From Candidatus Babeliales bacterium (lineage in GTDB: Bacteria > Babelota > Babeliae > Babelales > RVW-14), in NCBI GenBank assembly GCA_041662445.1, contig JBAZSL010000007.1, forward strand, positions 7,064-71,063: 64,000 nucleotides of DNA, read 5' to 3'. This document shows, piece by piece, positions 37,830 through 46,337 of this stretch; the first letter of the stretch is position 1; every line of letters begins with the position of its first letter. The notes beneath the pieces were generated by a model. It saw only the letters and a list, made by a program, of their open reading frames with translations. It was not told the origin of the DNA and made no database searches. The translations under genes were made by a program, and so were the position numbers.

Positions 37830-38345
37830 TTATCTATAAAATATTGCGGTGCGCTGCTCTCTATCAATATTCCTATCGATCATCTTCTGAAGTCGCGCTC
37901 GTTCTTTTTTAATAACTTTGACAACTTTGTCATAACGTTTGTAGTCGCTTGTTTTCTTGTCATTGCCACGCTTAGTTTGTGCTTGTTCTAAGAATGGGGT
38001 TAATTCATTTTTTGCGTATTGTAGGTCTGTATTAGTTTTTGTATTGATTTTGGCGTTTTTTGTTGTGATAAGATATTCGACGACTTTGGCATGGCCGCTG
38101 TCTATGGCAGCTTTGATTGCCTCATCGAGGACGCCGTATGTTGGGTCGGTGAGTTCGGGAGTTTCTTTTTTTAAATCTTCTTTGATGAGCTCTTTTACTT
38201 TGGATAGATTGCCGTTTTCTGCATTACTTATAAATTCGTTTTTTAAGAGTGCGAATTGATCTCGTTCTTCTCCACGCATCTGCGCCCCATATCCATACGG
38301 CATCACCACCGCCGCAGCTAGCGCTATACATAATATCTTACGCAT
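37830..38345 (-). CDS. small secreted ankyrin-like protein, array paralog (171 aa)
   Basis: Signal peptide MRKILCIALAAAVVMPYGYG, AAIDSGHAKVVEYLI, and C-terminal DYKRYDKVVKVIKKERARLQKM. Confidence 0.65.
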   Translation of the reverse strand: MRKILCIALAAAVVMPYGYGAQMRGEERDQFALLKNEFISNAENGNLSKVKELIKEDLKKETPELTDPTYGVLDEAIKAAIDSGHAKVVEYLITTKNAKINTKTNTDLQYAKNELTPFLEQAQTKRGNDKKTSDYKRYDKVVKVIKKERARLQKMIDRNIDREQRTAIFYR

Positions 38346-38368
38346 AAAATCTCCTTTCAGTTTTGTGA

Positions 38369-39451
38369 TTAGAGGTACGGATTGTAATCAGGTGCCGGCG
38401 CAACCTCTGGGTACCATGGTCCTCCAGCCTGATTTGGGTCTGGAGTATCCTTCCAGCCAATCCGCCGTTCACGCTCCATCAACTCGCGGTGTTCTCGTAT
38501 CTGCTGCGCTTTTTCTAGCTTTTGAAATCGTGCTTGTTCTTTTTCAATCACTTTGACGACGACGTCGTAGCGTTTGTAGTCACTTGCAAGGCCAGCGTTC
38601 CATTTTTCACGTTGTTCTTGTGCTCGCGTTAGTAATTGTGATAACCATTGTATTGCATCTTCATCTATCTTTATTATGGTGCTTGCTGTTTTGATAAGAT
38701 ATTCGACGACTTTGGCGTGGCCATTGTCTATTGCAGCTGAAATGGCGGGAGTGATGTTGGCTCTAATACGATCTAGATATTTTCCTATGAAAAACTTTAC
38801 TATTGGAAGATGGCCTTTAGCTGCGGCTGCTATGAAAGCGTCATCAAAATATTTTTGCTTTATAATCCAAGTAACTTGTTGTACGAAATTTTTTACATCG
38901 GATAACTTACCGTTCGTTACATATTCTTGGAAAACATCTACAGCTGCTTTGGGTTGCGCGCCAAGCTGTAAGAGCAAATTTACCATCTTGAGATCTTGAT
39001 TTCGGATTGCTTGGATCAACGGTGTTGTACCGTCTATATCTTGTGCTTCCAGGTTTGCGCCCTTTCCCTTAAGATAGCTAACTATCTTATAATTCCCTTG
39101 AGCGACGGCCCAGATTAATGGGGTTCGTTTTTTGAAGTCTTGTGCTTCTAAATTTGCATTTTTCCCTACGAGGTATTCTACGATGTCACGTTTCCCGTCA
39201 ATGACGGCCTCGGTTAGTGGGGTTGTTCCCCACTCATCACGTTTTTCTATGCCTACCGTATCAATTAAATTTTTCACTTCCTCTAGGTCACCAGCTTTAA
39301 TCGCCGCGAAAAGTTGCTCTTGTCGGTATTTTTTTTCTTTAGCAATGGAAAATTTGCTTTTTGGCGCTTCTCCTTGCGCGGTGTGAAGCACGTCGCTGCT
39401 GCATACCATCACCATCGCCGTCGCAAGCGCTAGGCACACTATCTTACGCAT
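38369..39451 (-). CDS. secreted ankyrin-repeat protein, array paralog (360 aa)
   Basis: Signal peptide MRKIVCLALATAMVMVCSS. Canonical ANK repeats (GTTPLTEAVIDGKRDIVEYLVGKNANLEAQD…RTPLIWAVAQGNYKIVSYLKGKGANLEAQD…GTTPLIQAI…). C-terminal DYKRYDVVVKVIEKEQARFQKL motif. Confidence 0.8.
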   Translation of the reverse strand: MRKIVCLALATAMVMVCSSDVLHTAQGEAPKSKFSIAKEKKYRQEQLFAAIKAGDLEEVKNLIDTVGIEKRDEWGTTPLTEAVIDGKRDIVEYLVGKNANLEAQDFKKRTPLIWAVAQGNYKIVSYLKGKGANLEAQDIDGTTPLIQAIRNQDLKMVNLLLQLGAQPKAAVDVFQEYVTNGKLSDVKNFVQQVTWIIKQKYFDDAFIAAAAKGHLPIVKFFIGKYLDRIRANITPAISAAIDNGHAKVVEYLIKTASTIIKIDEDAIQWLSQLLTRAQEQREKWNAGLASDYKRYDVVVKVIEKEQARFQKLEKAQQIREHRELMERERRIGWKDTPDPNQAGGPWYPEVAPAPDYNPYL

Positions 39452-39460
39452 CTCATCTCC

Positions 39461-40087
39461 TCATTGTTTTTCGTCGCTGCATGCTTTTTGGCACTCTTCC
39501 AGGTATTCTGTAATCTTAGTTTGTTCGTAATACCGCGCGTAATCTAAGGCGGTTGGCTTGTCTACAGACGATTGATCCTTCGCTGCGAGCGCTTCTGCCC
39601 GTTGACCTTGTGGTATTGCTTTGAAAAGCTTTTTTACAATTTCAAGATTTCTGGTTAGAACGGCCGTTATAAGTGGCGTGTGTCCGCTCACATAGTTGAT
39701 TAATAAATCGTATTTTTTTTGTTTGACTATTTGGTCGATGAGATAAGCTGCTATTTTAGAACGGTGAAATCCAATAGCGTCGTCTAAAGCACTTGTCTGC
39801 AGCTCTGCTCCCTGGTCTACCAGATACTGTACTATTTTAAAATTACCTTTTAGAATTGCGGAATTTAACGGGAAGAGGTTCTTGCCGTATTTGCCCAGAA
39901 GCTCTGTTTTCTCCTTCGTGGTTTCAAGTAAGCGTTTAACATCTTTTAGTCGTCCCCGATCAATTGCCCTGAAAAGTTGTGCTTGTTCGTTGGGCTCGTC
40001 TGAACTTTCTACTTGCGCGGCGTTGACGTTCATGTTGCACATCATCAGGATGCTGGTTGTGAGAACTCCACACACTATTTTTTTCAT
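39461..40087 (-). CDS. secreted ankyrin-repeat protein, array paralog (208 aa)
   Basis: Signal peptide MKKIVCGVLTTSILMMCNMNVNAAQVES. ANK units (…FPLNSAILKGNFKIVQYLVDQGAEL…, GHTPLITAVLTRNLEIVKKL). Confidence 0.75.
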   Translation of the reverse strand: MKKIVCGVLTTSILMMCNMNVNAAQVESSDEPNEQAQLFRAIDRGRLKDVKRLLETTKEKTELLGKYGKNLFPLNSAILKGNFKIVQYLVDQGAELQTSALDDAIGFHRSKIAAYLIDQIVKQKKYDLLINYVSGHTPLITAVLTRNLEIVKKLFKAIPQGQRAEALAAKDQSSVDKPTALDYARYYEQTKITEYLEECQKACSDEKQ

Positions 40088-40105
40088 TGAAAACCTCCTT
40101 TGGGT

Positions 40106-41176
40106 TTAATCTTTTTTGGCTGGAGCCTTTTTGTGTTGTGCTTTTTTTAGTAGCGATACAAATTTTTTGTAGTCTGGGTTCCATGTAGCACGCGCAGTTG
40201 CTGCACCTATATCCTTATCGGTGGGCTGAACGCCTAGGTCGACAAGCATCTTTGCCATCGATAGATTTTCTTTATCGATTGGAACCATAAACACACTAGT
40301 TCCATCCGATTGTACTGGATTCGCTTTATGCGTTAGGAGGTATTTTATGATGCCAGGGTTGTTTGCCTTGACGGCTAAGATTAATGGTGATCCCGCTCCT
40401 GAAACACCGTCTACATCTACATTACATGTTTCTATTAGATACTTTATGATTTTCATGTTGCCCATGGCGACAGCTTTGCTTAAAGGCGTATAGTCCGAAT
40501 TAGGTTCGTTCGGGTCTGCCTTTTTTTCTATGAGATACGTAACGATATCAAGGTTACCGGTTCCAACAGCTTGGATTAAAGGGTTCTCATCATAGCCATG
40601 CTGTTTCCACGTATTTTCAAGTAAGTTTATTCCAAACAGCTCTGCCGCCTCTATGAGCTTTTTTATCAGGTCGAAGTTTCCTGTTTCTATCGCAAGCATT
40701 AAGACGGTGCGGCCTTCACACATATCGGTTAGCACATTACGGAGATCCGCAGCTGTTAGAATTTCACTCTTTCCGTGCTCGATCATCTTACCAATGAGGA
40801 ACTGAGATATCGGTATATGACGTTCGGCGAGAGCATGGTATAAAGCTGTTTTCCCTTCAGTATCTTGGGCATCTAGTTTTGCTCCGTTGTCCACAAGACA
40901 TTGTACTATCGCACCATACCCACGGCTGGCTGCTACCGTTAAAGGTGTTCCGCGGGACACAGCAGGGCCTAAAAGAGGTTGGGGGAGGAGTTTATTAAGA
41001 AGCTCATCTTGCTCGGCCTTGGGGGTAGCTGAGAGTAAACGTTTAACTTCTGCCAGGTCGCCGTTCTCAGTTGCTTCCAACATTCGATATAGGCAATCTT
41101 TTTTTGCTACTTGCTCCCCGTATCCATAAGGCAGCACCATCGCCGCCGCTAGCGCTATACATAGTATCTTACGCAT
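40106..41176 (-). CDS. secreted ankyrin-repeat protein, array paralog (356 aa)
   Basis: Signal peptide MRKILCIALAAAMVLPYGYG and at least 7 ANK repeats (GTPLTVAASRGYGAIVQCLVDNGAKLDAQD…GKTALYHA…, YTPLSKAVAMGNMKIIKYLIE…). Confidence 0.85.
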   Translation of the reverse strand: MRKILCIALAAAMVLPYGYGEQVAKKDCLYRMLEATENGDLAEVKRLLSATPKAEQDELLNKLLPQPLLGPAVSRGTPLTVAASRGYGAIVQCLVDNGAKLDAQDTEGKTALYHALAERHIPISQFLIGKMIEHGKSEILTAADLRNVLTDMCEGRTVLMLAIETGNFDLIKKLIEAAELFGINLLENTWKQHGYDENPLIQAVGTGNLDIVTYLIEKKADPNEPNSDYTPLSKAVAMGNMKIIKYLIETCNVDVDGVSGAGSPLILAVKANNPGIIKYLLTHKANPVQSDGTSVFMVPIDKENLSMAKMLVDLGVQPTDKDIGAATARATWNPDYKKFVSLLKKAQHKKAPAKKD

Positions 41177-41218
41177 CGAGTCACCTTTTTCAGCTCTTGT
41201 TAAGTTGTGTGATTATTT

Positions 41219-43369
41219 TCACGTGATTACTCGCACTTTTTCAAGAACCGGTACTTTTCCCTCTTCAAGTTTTTTTCCCTCAGGTCTGATAGGTCCGGAA
41301 GGTGCGTCTGGAGCCCCCTGTATAACCGCATAGGCTTCATCTTTTTTTTCTTCATCACCTGCTTTTTGGGCCTTTGCTGCTGCTGCATCTTCTTTAGCTT
41401 TGCCGGCAACCGTTGCTGCTTCTTTTTTCTCTTCAACAGCTACTGGTTTTTTCGCTAGTCTTTCTCGTGCTGCTTGTATGTGCTCACCTATCTCATAACG
41501 CTGAGGATGCCTGCCTAAGTCGGCTTGTGCTTCCCTCAGCTGATCATCTGTGAGGTCAACATTATCGATGATATATATGGCAAGCTTCTTTACACCTGTA
41601 CACGTCTGAAAACCAGCTCTAAAGATAGCTTCGGAAAGTGCGAAACTTATTCCGTCCGCGCGTGGTTGATCAAGATAAGGCATCTCACCCGAACCCTTCT
41701 TCTCCTTCCATCGGGAGACTTTGTACAGTTTTTCCTTTAAAGCAGCGGCCATTTTAGGGTTTTTTTCTTTTACCATAAAATACGCTATTTCAGCTGGTAC
41801 ATCATCGAGGGAAGGCGCCTCATCGAAAGATAGAAATTGTTTATAGTATGTATCCATGAGATGCATCACTACTTCTTCGTGACCTTTTACCGTAGCAGCA
41901 AGCAACGCAACTTGGAAGGCTGATACAATGGTTTCCATGTGTTGGTCGATCGGACGCATCTGTTCTTTGCGCTGTGCGATATCTGCTTGGCAAGCGTCCC
42001 AAAAAGGCTGGCGAAATTCGAAATATTTTCTACGACCTTCTCTGCTATCGCGATCTTTTTCGATGCTGCCTATCTCCGCTGCAATCTTATCTGCCTTGAT
42101 TTTTTGGACTGTGTATTTAGCGGCTAAACTAGCGCTTGATTTTATTACCGCGTCAAGGTCTCCTGCTTCCGCCGCTTGTATAAGATCTATTTTGAGTTTT
42201 TCAATATCTTGATCTTGTAAGCGAGCCCGTAAGCGGGCTTGTTTTATTTTTCCAGCCACATAATCACTGAGAGGATTGGTTTTCAAGCAATCCTCTGGAA
42301 AATCTTCCGGCGTTGACCCCAAGAAGTTATCGCCAATATATTGGGCGATTTCCTGCAAGCCCTTAGTCCGCAGTCGATCGTAATCAAGATAAGAGATAGC
42401 TTTGCGCAATACGTCACGCTTCCCGAACCCAAAGATTTTATTAATATCGTCATCACAACGTTTAAGTAATGCCCATATCAAATATTCCAGATTATAACCG
42501 CCACTACTATCGAACTGCTCTAATGGTTGAAACTTTACGTAAAGTGATCCAACATCTTTTTTAAAGATCTCTTTAATCACTGTTCGTAGCGCAGGCGTTG
42601 CAAGCATATAAGCTATTTCAAGTGGCGTATTGATGTAGTCGTGCCGCAATGAAAAAAAATATAGAAATTTTTCATAGTATGTATCCAAGAGATAGTGCAC
42701 TATCTCTTTTTTGTCTTGTGCTGTAGCGGCAACTAAAGCAACTTCGAACGCACTTTGAATGATTTCTTTACTGACTTGATCGTCTGTTTTAACACGGGCT
42801 AGGCGTCCGCTTATAGTTCGTACCTCGTCTAACTCACCTGATTCTGCGGCCTGTATAAGTTGTCGCTTAAGTTGCCCAAGGATTTTCGCATCATCTTCTG
42901 TTGCTTCTTCATAGGAAGGTGGTGGTAACTCTTTATAGGGAGGAGGTGGTAGGACATAGGGCGGTGGTGGGACACTTTTTTGTATGGCTGCTTTGTAGGA
43001 AGGTAGTTGTTCCTTGTTAGCGTTTGTTAGTAGTTTTCTAATAGCTTTATAATTCTTGTCTTTAGGATCTAGCGTGGCAAGAGCTATAGATGGATCTGCT
43101 CCTTGTTTAAGGAGATATTCTACTATTTTGGTATCTCCAGCACGGACGGCGTGAATTAAAGGTGTATTGCCAATCTCCTTATAAGGTTTTTCAAGGAGAC
43201 GTTTATCTTTTTCGTTAATCAATTTTTCAACCGCGTTGAGGTCTCCTTTATCTATCGCGGTAACAAGTTGTAGTTCTGGACTTTCTATTTGTGCAGCATT
43301 GAGTGGCGATGCGATAAATGTTGTGAGGATGGCCGTAATGAGGGCTATCGGGCGCGTATATTTCTTCAT
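41219..43369 (-). CDS. secreted ankyrin/PPxY-motif protein (716 aa)
   Basis: Signal peptide …FIASPLNAAQIES. One N-terminal ANK pair. PPPPYVLPPPPYKELPPPSY cluster (aa 133-153). Two copies of an LIQAAExGxLD…ALVAAT…Y-rich helical module. Lys/Glu/Ala-rich tail. Confidence 0.8.
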   Translation of the reverse strand: MKKYTRPIALITAILTTFIASPLNAAQIESPELQLVTAIDKGDLNAVEKLINEKDKRLLEKPYKEIGNTPLIHAVRAGDTKIVEYLLKQGADPSIALATLDPKDKNYKAIRKLLTNANKEQLPSYKAAIQKSVPPPPYVLPPPPYKELPPPSYEEATEDDAKILGQLKRQLIQAAESGELDEVRTISGRLARVKTDDQVSKEIIQSAFEVALVAATAQDKKEIVHYLLDTYYEKFLYFFSLRHDYINTPLEIAYMLATPALRTVIKEIFKKDVGSLYVKFQPLEQFDSSGGYNLEYLIWALLKRCDDDINKIFGFGKRDVLRKAISYLDYDRLRTKGLQEIAQYIGDNFLGSTPEDFPEDCLKTNPLSDYVAGKIKQARLRARLQDQDIEKLKIDLIQAAEAGDLDAVIKSSASLAAKYTVQKIKADKIAAEIGSIEKDRDSREGRRKYFEFRQPFWDACQADIAQRKEQMRPIDQHMETIVSAFQVALLAATVKGHEEVVMHLMDTYYKQFLSFDEAPSLDDVPAEIAYFMVKEKNPKMAAALKEKLYKVSRWKEKKGSGEMPYLDQPRADGISFALSEAIFRAGFQTCTGVKKLAIYIIDNVDLTDDQLREAQADLGRHPQRYEIGEHIQAARERLAKKPVAVEEKKEAATVAGKAKEDAAAAKAQKAGDEEKKDEAYAVIQGAPDAPSGPIRPEGKKLEEGKVPVLEKVRVIT

Positions 43370-43427
43370 TACTTAGATCTCCCTTCTCCCTTTTTTGGTT
43401 AATACACACAAAGGTACGTGTGGTTAG

Positions 43428-44912
43428 TTACGCAGGAACTAGCACGCGCGCAGGTGCTACTTTCTCTGGTTTTTTCTCAACAGGCGGCACTTCTTCTGGC
43501 TTTTCGCCAAGCTTTCTCAGGCGATCTTCCGCGTTTGCGACAAATGCAGCGTCTGCTTCAGCTTTTTTGCGTTCGGCTTCTTCTCGAGCCAAACGGGCAG
43601 CTACTTGTTCTTGCGCTACTGGTACTGCTACAGGTGCCGCTTCTTTTTTCTCTTCTTCTCCTTTCTTTTCTTCTACTGCGTCCATCGCCGCTTTTTTTGT
43701 TGCGTATAGATATGCACGCAATTCTTTCTTGCGAAGCTCTATCTTTTCTATATCGATCTGTGCACGATCTTCCTTTGTGAAGAGCTCTTCCACAATATAT
43801 GTAATAATGGGCCCTAGGTCATCCCAAAGATCATCCGAGCAAGCGCGTACAGCGCGATTAAAAGCAGCGATAAGAGGAGTCTCCCCAGTCCTTGCTGGAT
43901 GGTCTTCTTTAGCAAGCTTTCTATTGAAAATTCTTTGCATTTCGCTTCCATATTGTGCAAACAAAGAGGCTATTTGAGTTGGCATGTCGCCACGACCTGC
44001 AAAAACGTTTGGGAGCGCTATGAAGTTATAGTAGTCCTCTCCCATGAGATGGGCTACTATTGCTTCGTGGCCTTTTGCGGCAGCTGCAACCAACGCAACT
44101 CGGAATGCTGCTTCCCGCATCCTTCGAAGCGGGATCTTGTCATAGGAACTAATGTCAAGGTTGGCTAGGCGGGCGCTTATAACTTTTACCGTTTCTAAAT
44201 CCCCTGATGCTGCGGCTTGTATAAGTTGGTGTTTAAGTAAGTTAAGAATAGTTGTTTGAGATTCTTCAGACATTTCCTCTTTTTCTTCACTGGGGAGCAG
44301 TGGTGCTGATGGAACTTGTGGTGCTATTTTCGCTACTTTTGCTTCTGCATCATAAGGCGGTAGTTTGACATCTTTTTTTATGGCTTCTTCATAAGAAGGT
44401 GGTGGCGTGTCGTCTCCATAAGGCGGTAGTATGTCTCCTCTTATTGCTTGTTCGTATGAAGGAGGAGGTGTTTGTGGTCTCAAGCGACCAACGGGGACGC
44501 CGCGGCCGTCACGTCTCTTTTGAGGTGGTTCTTGCATTTGCGCGAATTTTTTTTCAACTTCGTTTTGTTCTTCCTGTAATAATTTTACGATGCCTGCATA
44601 TTTTTTGGGAGTTAGAGATGTTGCAGCTAAGGCTTCGGCATAGTGCAGTGGCGTAATAACAACGCCGGGACGGGTGCTTTTAAGGTATAGCCAAATCGCC
44701 CCTTTTTCATCAACAAAGTCCTGTGGCATTTCGGCGAAGATATCAGCGCCTTGAACTAATAGTTTTTTTACGTCTTTAATATTCCCATCTCTGATCGCGA
44801 CAAACAGGCGATCTCTTGGACTTTCTACTTGTGCCGCGTTGACGCTCGTGCTGCACATCAGCAGGATGCCGGTTACGATGGTTATCAGGTTCATATATTT
44901 CTTCATCTTCAA
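43428..44912 (-). CDS. secreted ankyrin/PPxY-motif protein (494 aa)
   Basis: Signal peptide …LMCSTSVNAAQVES. PPPSY, LPPY, PPPSY and LPPY motifs (aa 148-187). One copy of the LIQAAASGDLE… module. Charged tail. Confidence 0.8.
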   Translation of the reverse strand: MKMKKYMNLITIVTGILLMCSTSVNAAQVESPRDRLFVAIRDGNIKDVKKLLVQGADIFAEMPQDFVDEKGAIWLYLKSTRPGVVITPLHYAEALAATSLTPKKYAGIVKLLQEEQNEVEKKFAQMQEPPQKRRDGRGVPVGRLRPQTPPPSYEQAIRGDILPPYGDDTPPPSYEEAIKKDVKLPPYDAEAKVAKIAPQVPSAPLLPSEEKEEMSEESQTTILNLLKHQLIQAAASGDLETVKVISARLANLDISSYDKIPLRRMREAAFRVALVAAAAKGHEAIVAHLMGEDYYNFIALPNVFAGRGDMPTQIASLFAQYGSEMQRIFNRKLAKEDHPARTGETPLIAAFNRAVRACSDDLWDDLGPIITYIVEELFTKEDRAQIDIEKIELRKKELRAYLYATKKAAMDAVEEKKGEEEKKEAAPVAVPVAQEQVAARLAREEAERKKAEADAAFVANAEDRLRKLGEKPEEVPPVEKKPEKVAPARVLVPA

Positions 44913-44927
44913 ATATCCTTTCCCTCT

Positions 44928-45467
44928 TTATTTCTTTTTTGGGGTGAGCATCTTTACAATTTTTTTGTAGTTTGATGCATAGTCTGTACGTATTTCCAAA
45001 GCTTTGGCAATCTCGAGTGCAGTGTAAGAGCCAGTTCCTTCTTCTGCAAAGAGCCCGTCGAGACTGAATTCGCCTTCTTTTTCGATAACTGTTGTTTTTG
45101 TTGTGTCTGCGCCCATTTTGAGAAGATATTCAACTATTTTCGGATTGCCTCTTATAACGGCGTAGATGAGAGGGGTTGGGGAGTTTTCGCCGTCTTCTCG
45201 CACTTCGAGAAGGTGTTTATCTTTTTTGGTAATTAATGTTTTGACCGTTTTGGAGTCTTTTGGGGTTATCGCGTTAAATAATTTTTTGATTTGAAGGGAT
45301 GCGTAACGGGAGGGTAGTTGGTGGTGGCGTGGAGGTTTGGGTAGGTTGAAATTTTTAGCTAGTGGTGGCGGTTGAGAAGTTTGAGCTACTAGGGGTGAGA
45401 TGAAGATGGTACTGACGAGGAGTGGTAAATAAATAATTTTCTTTATTTTCACTATGTTTATCCTCAT
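44928..45467 (-). CDS. secreted ankyrin-like protein, first gene of array (179 aa)
   Basis: Hydrophobic leader, Pro-rich linker, and an ANK unit (SPTPLIYAVIRGNPKIVEYLLKMGADTT). RBS AAGGAG lies 9 nt upstream of the ATG at 45467. Confidence 0.65.
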   Translation of the reverse strand: MRINIVKIKKIIYLPLLVSTIFISPLVAQTSQPPPLAKNFNLPKPPRHHQLPSRYASLQIKKLFNAITPKDSKTVKTLITKKDKHLLEVREDGENSPTPLIYAVIRGNPKIVEYLLKMGADTTKTTVIEKEGEFSLDGLFAEEGTGSYTALEIAKALEIRTDYASNYKKIVKMLTPKKK

Positions 45468-45476
45468 TCTTTGTTC

Positions 45477-45562
45477 TCCTTATTTTCCTTAACGTCCTTA
45501 TTATTTATTCTTATATCCTTATCCTTATCTTTATTTGTTATTTGTATGTTTAATATCCTTAT
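45477..45562 (-). promoter_or_regulatory. AT-rich leader/promoter region with six (A/U)UAAGGA repeats upstream of the ankyrin array
   Basis: On the + strand, TCCTTAT occurs at 45477, 45495, 45516, 45522 and 45556, and TCCTTAA at 45486. On the gene strand these read ATAAGGA/TTAAGGA. The proximal copy is the RBS. Confidence 0.45.
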
Positions 45563-45821
45563 GTCTTTTTTATTCATCCTTTTTTTTAATTATTAAAGCC
45601 TTGTTTAGTTTAAATATTTATTTTTAATGCCTGGGAATAAGCATAGGCAAGATGGAATGATGAAAGCAATAATTTTGCTCGTCATGGCAATAAATTAACA
45701 TAATAATCATTATCAGACGTTATGGATATGCACCCTTTCGCCGCGAAGCCCACCAGCAACACATCGCCTGAGAGATTTTTGATTGATCCAATATTTGGTG
45801 ATTCTGGGTCGAGATCTATAA

Positions 45822-46337
45822 CTACAACTTCATTTGATACAGTGATTGCCGCTGGCACGCCCAAACGCCACAGAGGCATATTGCAAGGGCATCGGTTACA
45901 TCCGCTCGTTCGATAGCGCCAAATTCCGTCAGCCCCGGGAATAGCCGTAGTACCATCGCCGCAACCTGCTCTTTACTCGCCCCGCCAAAGCCCGTAGTTG
46001 CCATCTTAACTTCCCGCGGTGCAAATTCCGAAAGCGTCAACCCCTTTTGGTCGGCTAATAAATAAAGGATTCCCCGAAGATACCCCAACTTAAGAAACGT
46101 TTGCGCATTCTTACCCAAGAACGAAGTCTCAAGCGCAAGCGCCGTAACATTAAAGGTTGCAATTTTATCGTTCATGAAATTATAGAACTGCCCTACTCGC
46201 TGGGACAAGTGGTGCTGCGGGCTCATTTTTAAAAAGCCACAATCACGCAGAAGCACCCGACGGTCCTCTATGCTACTGACGGCATAGCCGGTTATATGAA
46301 AACCAGGATCAACGCCAAGAATAACCGTTGGCTTCAT
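45822..46337 (-). CDS. ruvC: Holliday junction resolvase RuvC
   Basis: ILGVDPGFHITGYAV…, …LALETSFLGKN…, …DVTDALAICLC. The ATG overlaps the dnaB stop (TAATG). Confidence 0.9.
   Translation of the reverse strand: MKPTVILGVDPGFHITGYAVSSIEDRRVLLRDCGFLKMSPQHHLSQRVGQFYNFMNDKIATFNVTALALETSFLGKNAQTFLKLGYLRGILYLLADQKGLTLSEFAPREVKMATTGFGGASKEQVAAMVLRLFPGLTEFGAIERADVTDALAICLCGVWACQRQSLYQMKL

Noticed and set aside
43418-43977. Plus-strand ORFs of 120 and 185 aa (Ser/Ala/Leu-rich).
   Set aside because: They lie antisense to the Lys/Glu/Ala-rich tail of the 494-aa ankyrin/PPxY protein. They are low complexity with no RBS.
45600-45916. Small ORFs 45682..45879 (-) and 45722..45916 (+) in or near the ruvC 3' region.
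   Set aside because: They overlap each other and the ruvC C-terminus in other frames. They have no RBS and no recognisable motif. They are probably non-coding 3' UTR and promoter space for the ankyrin array.
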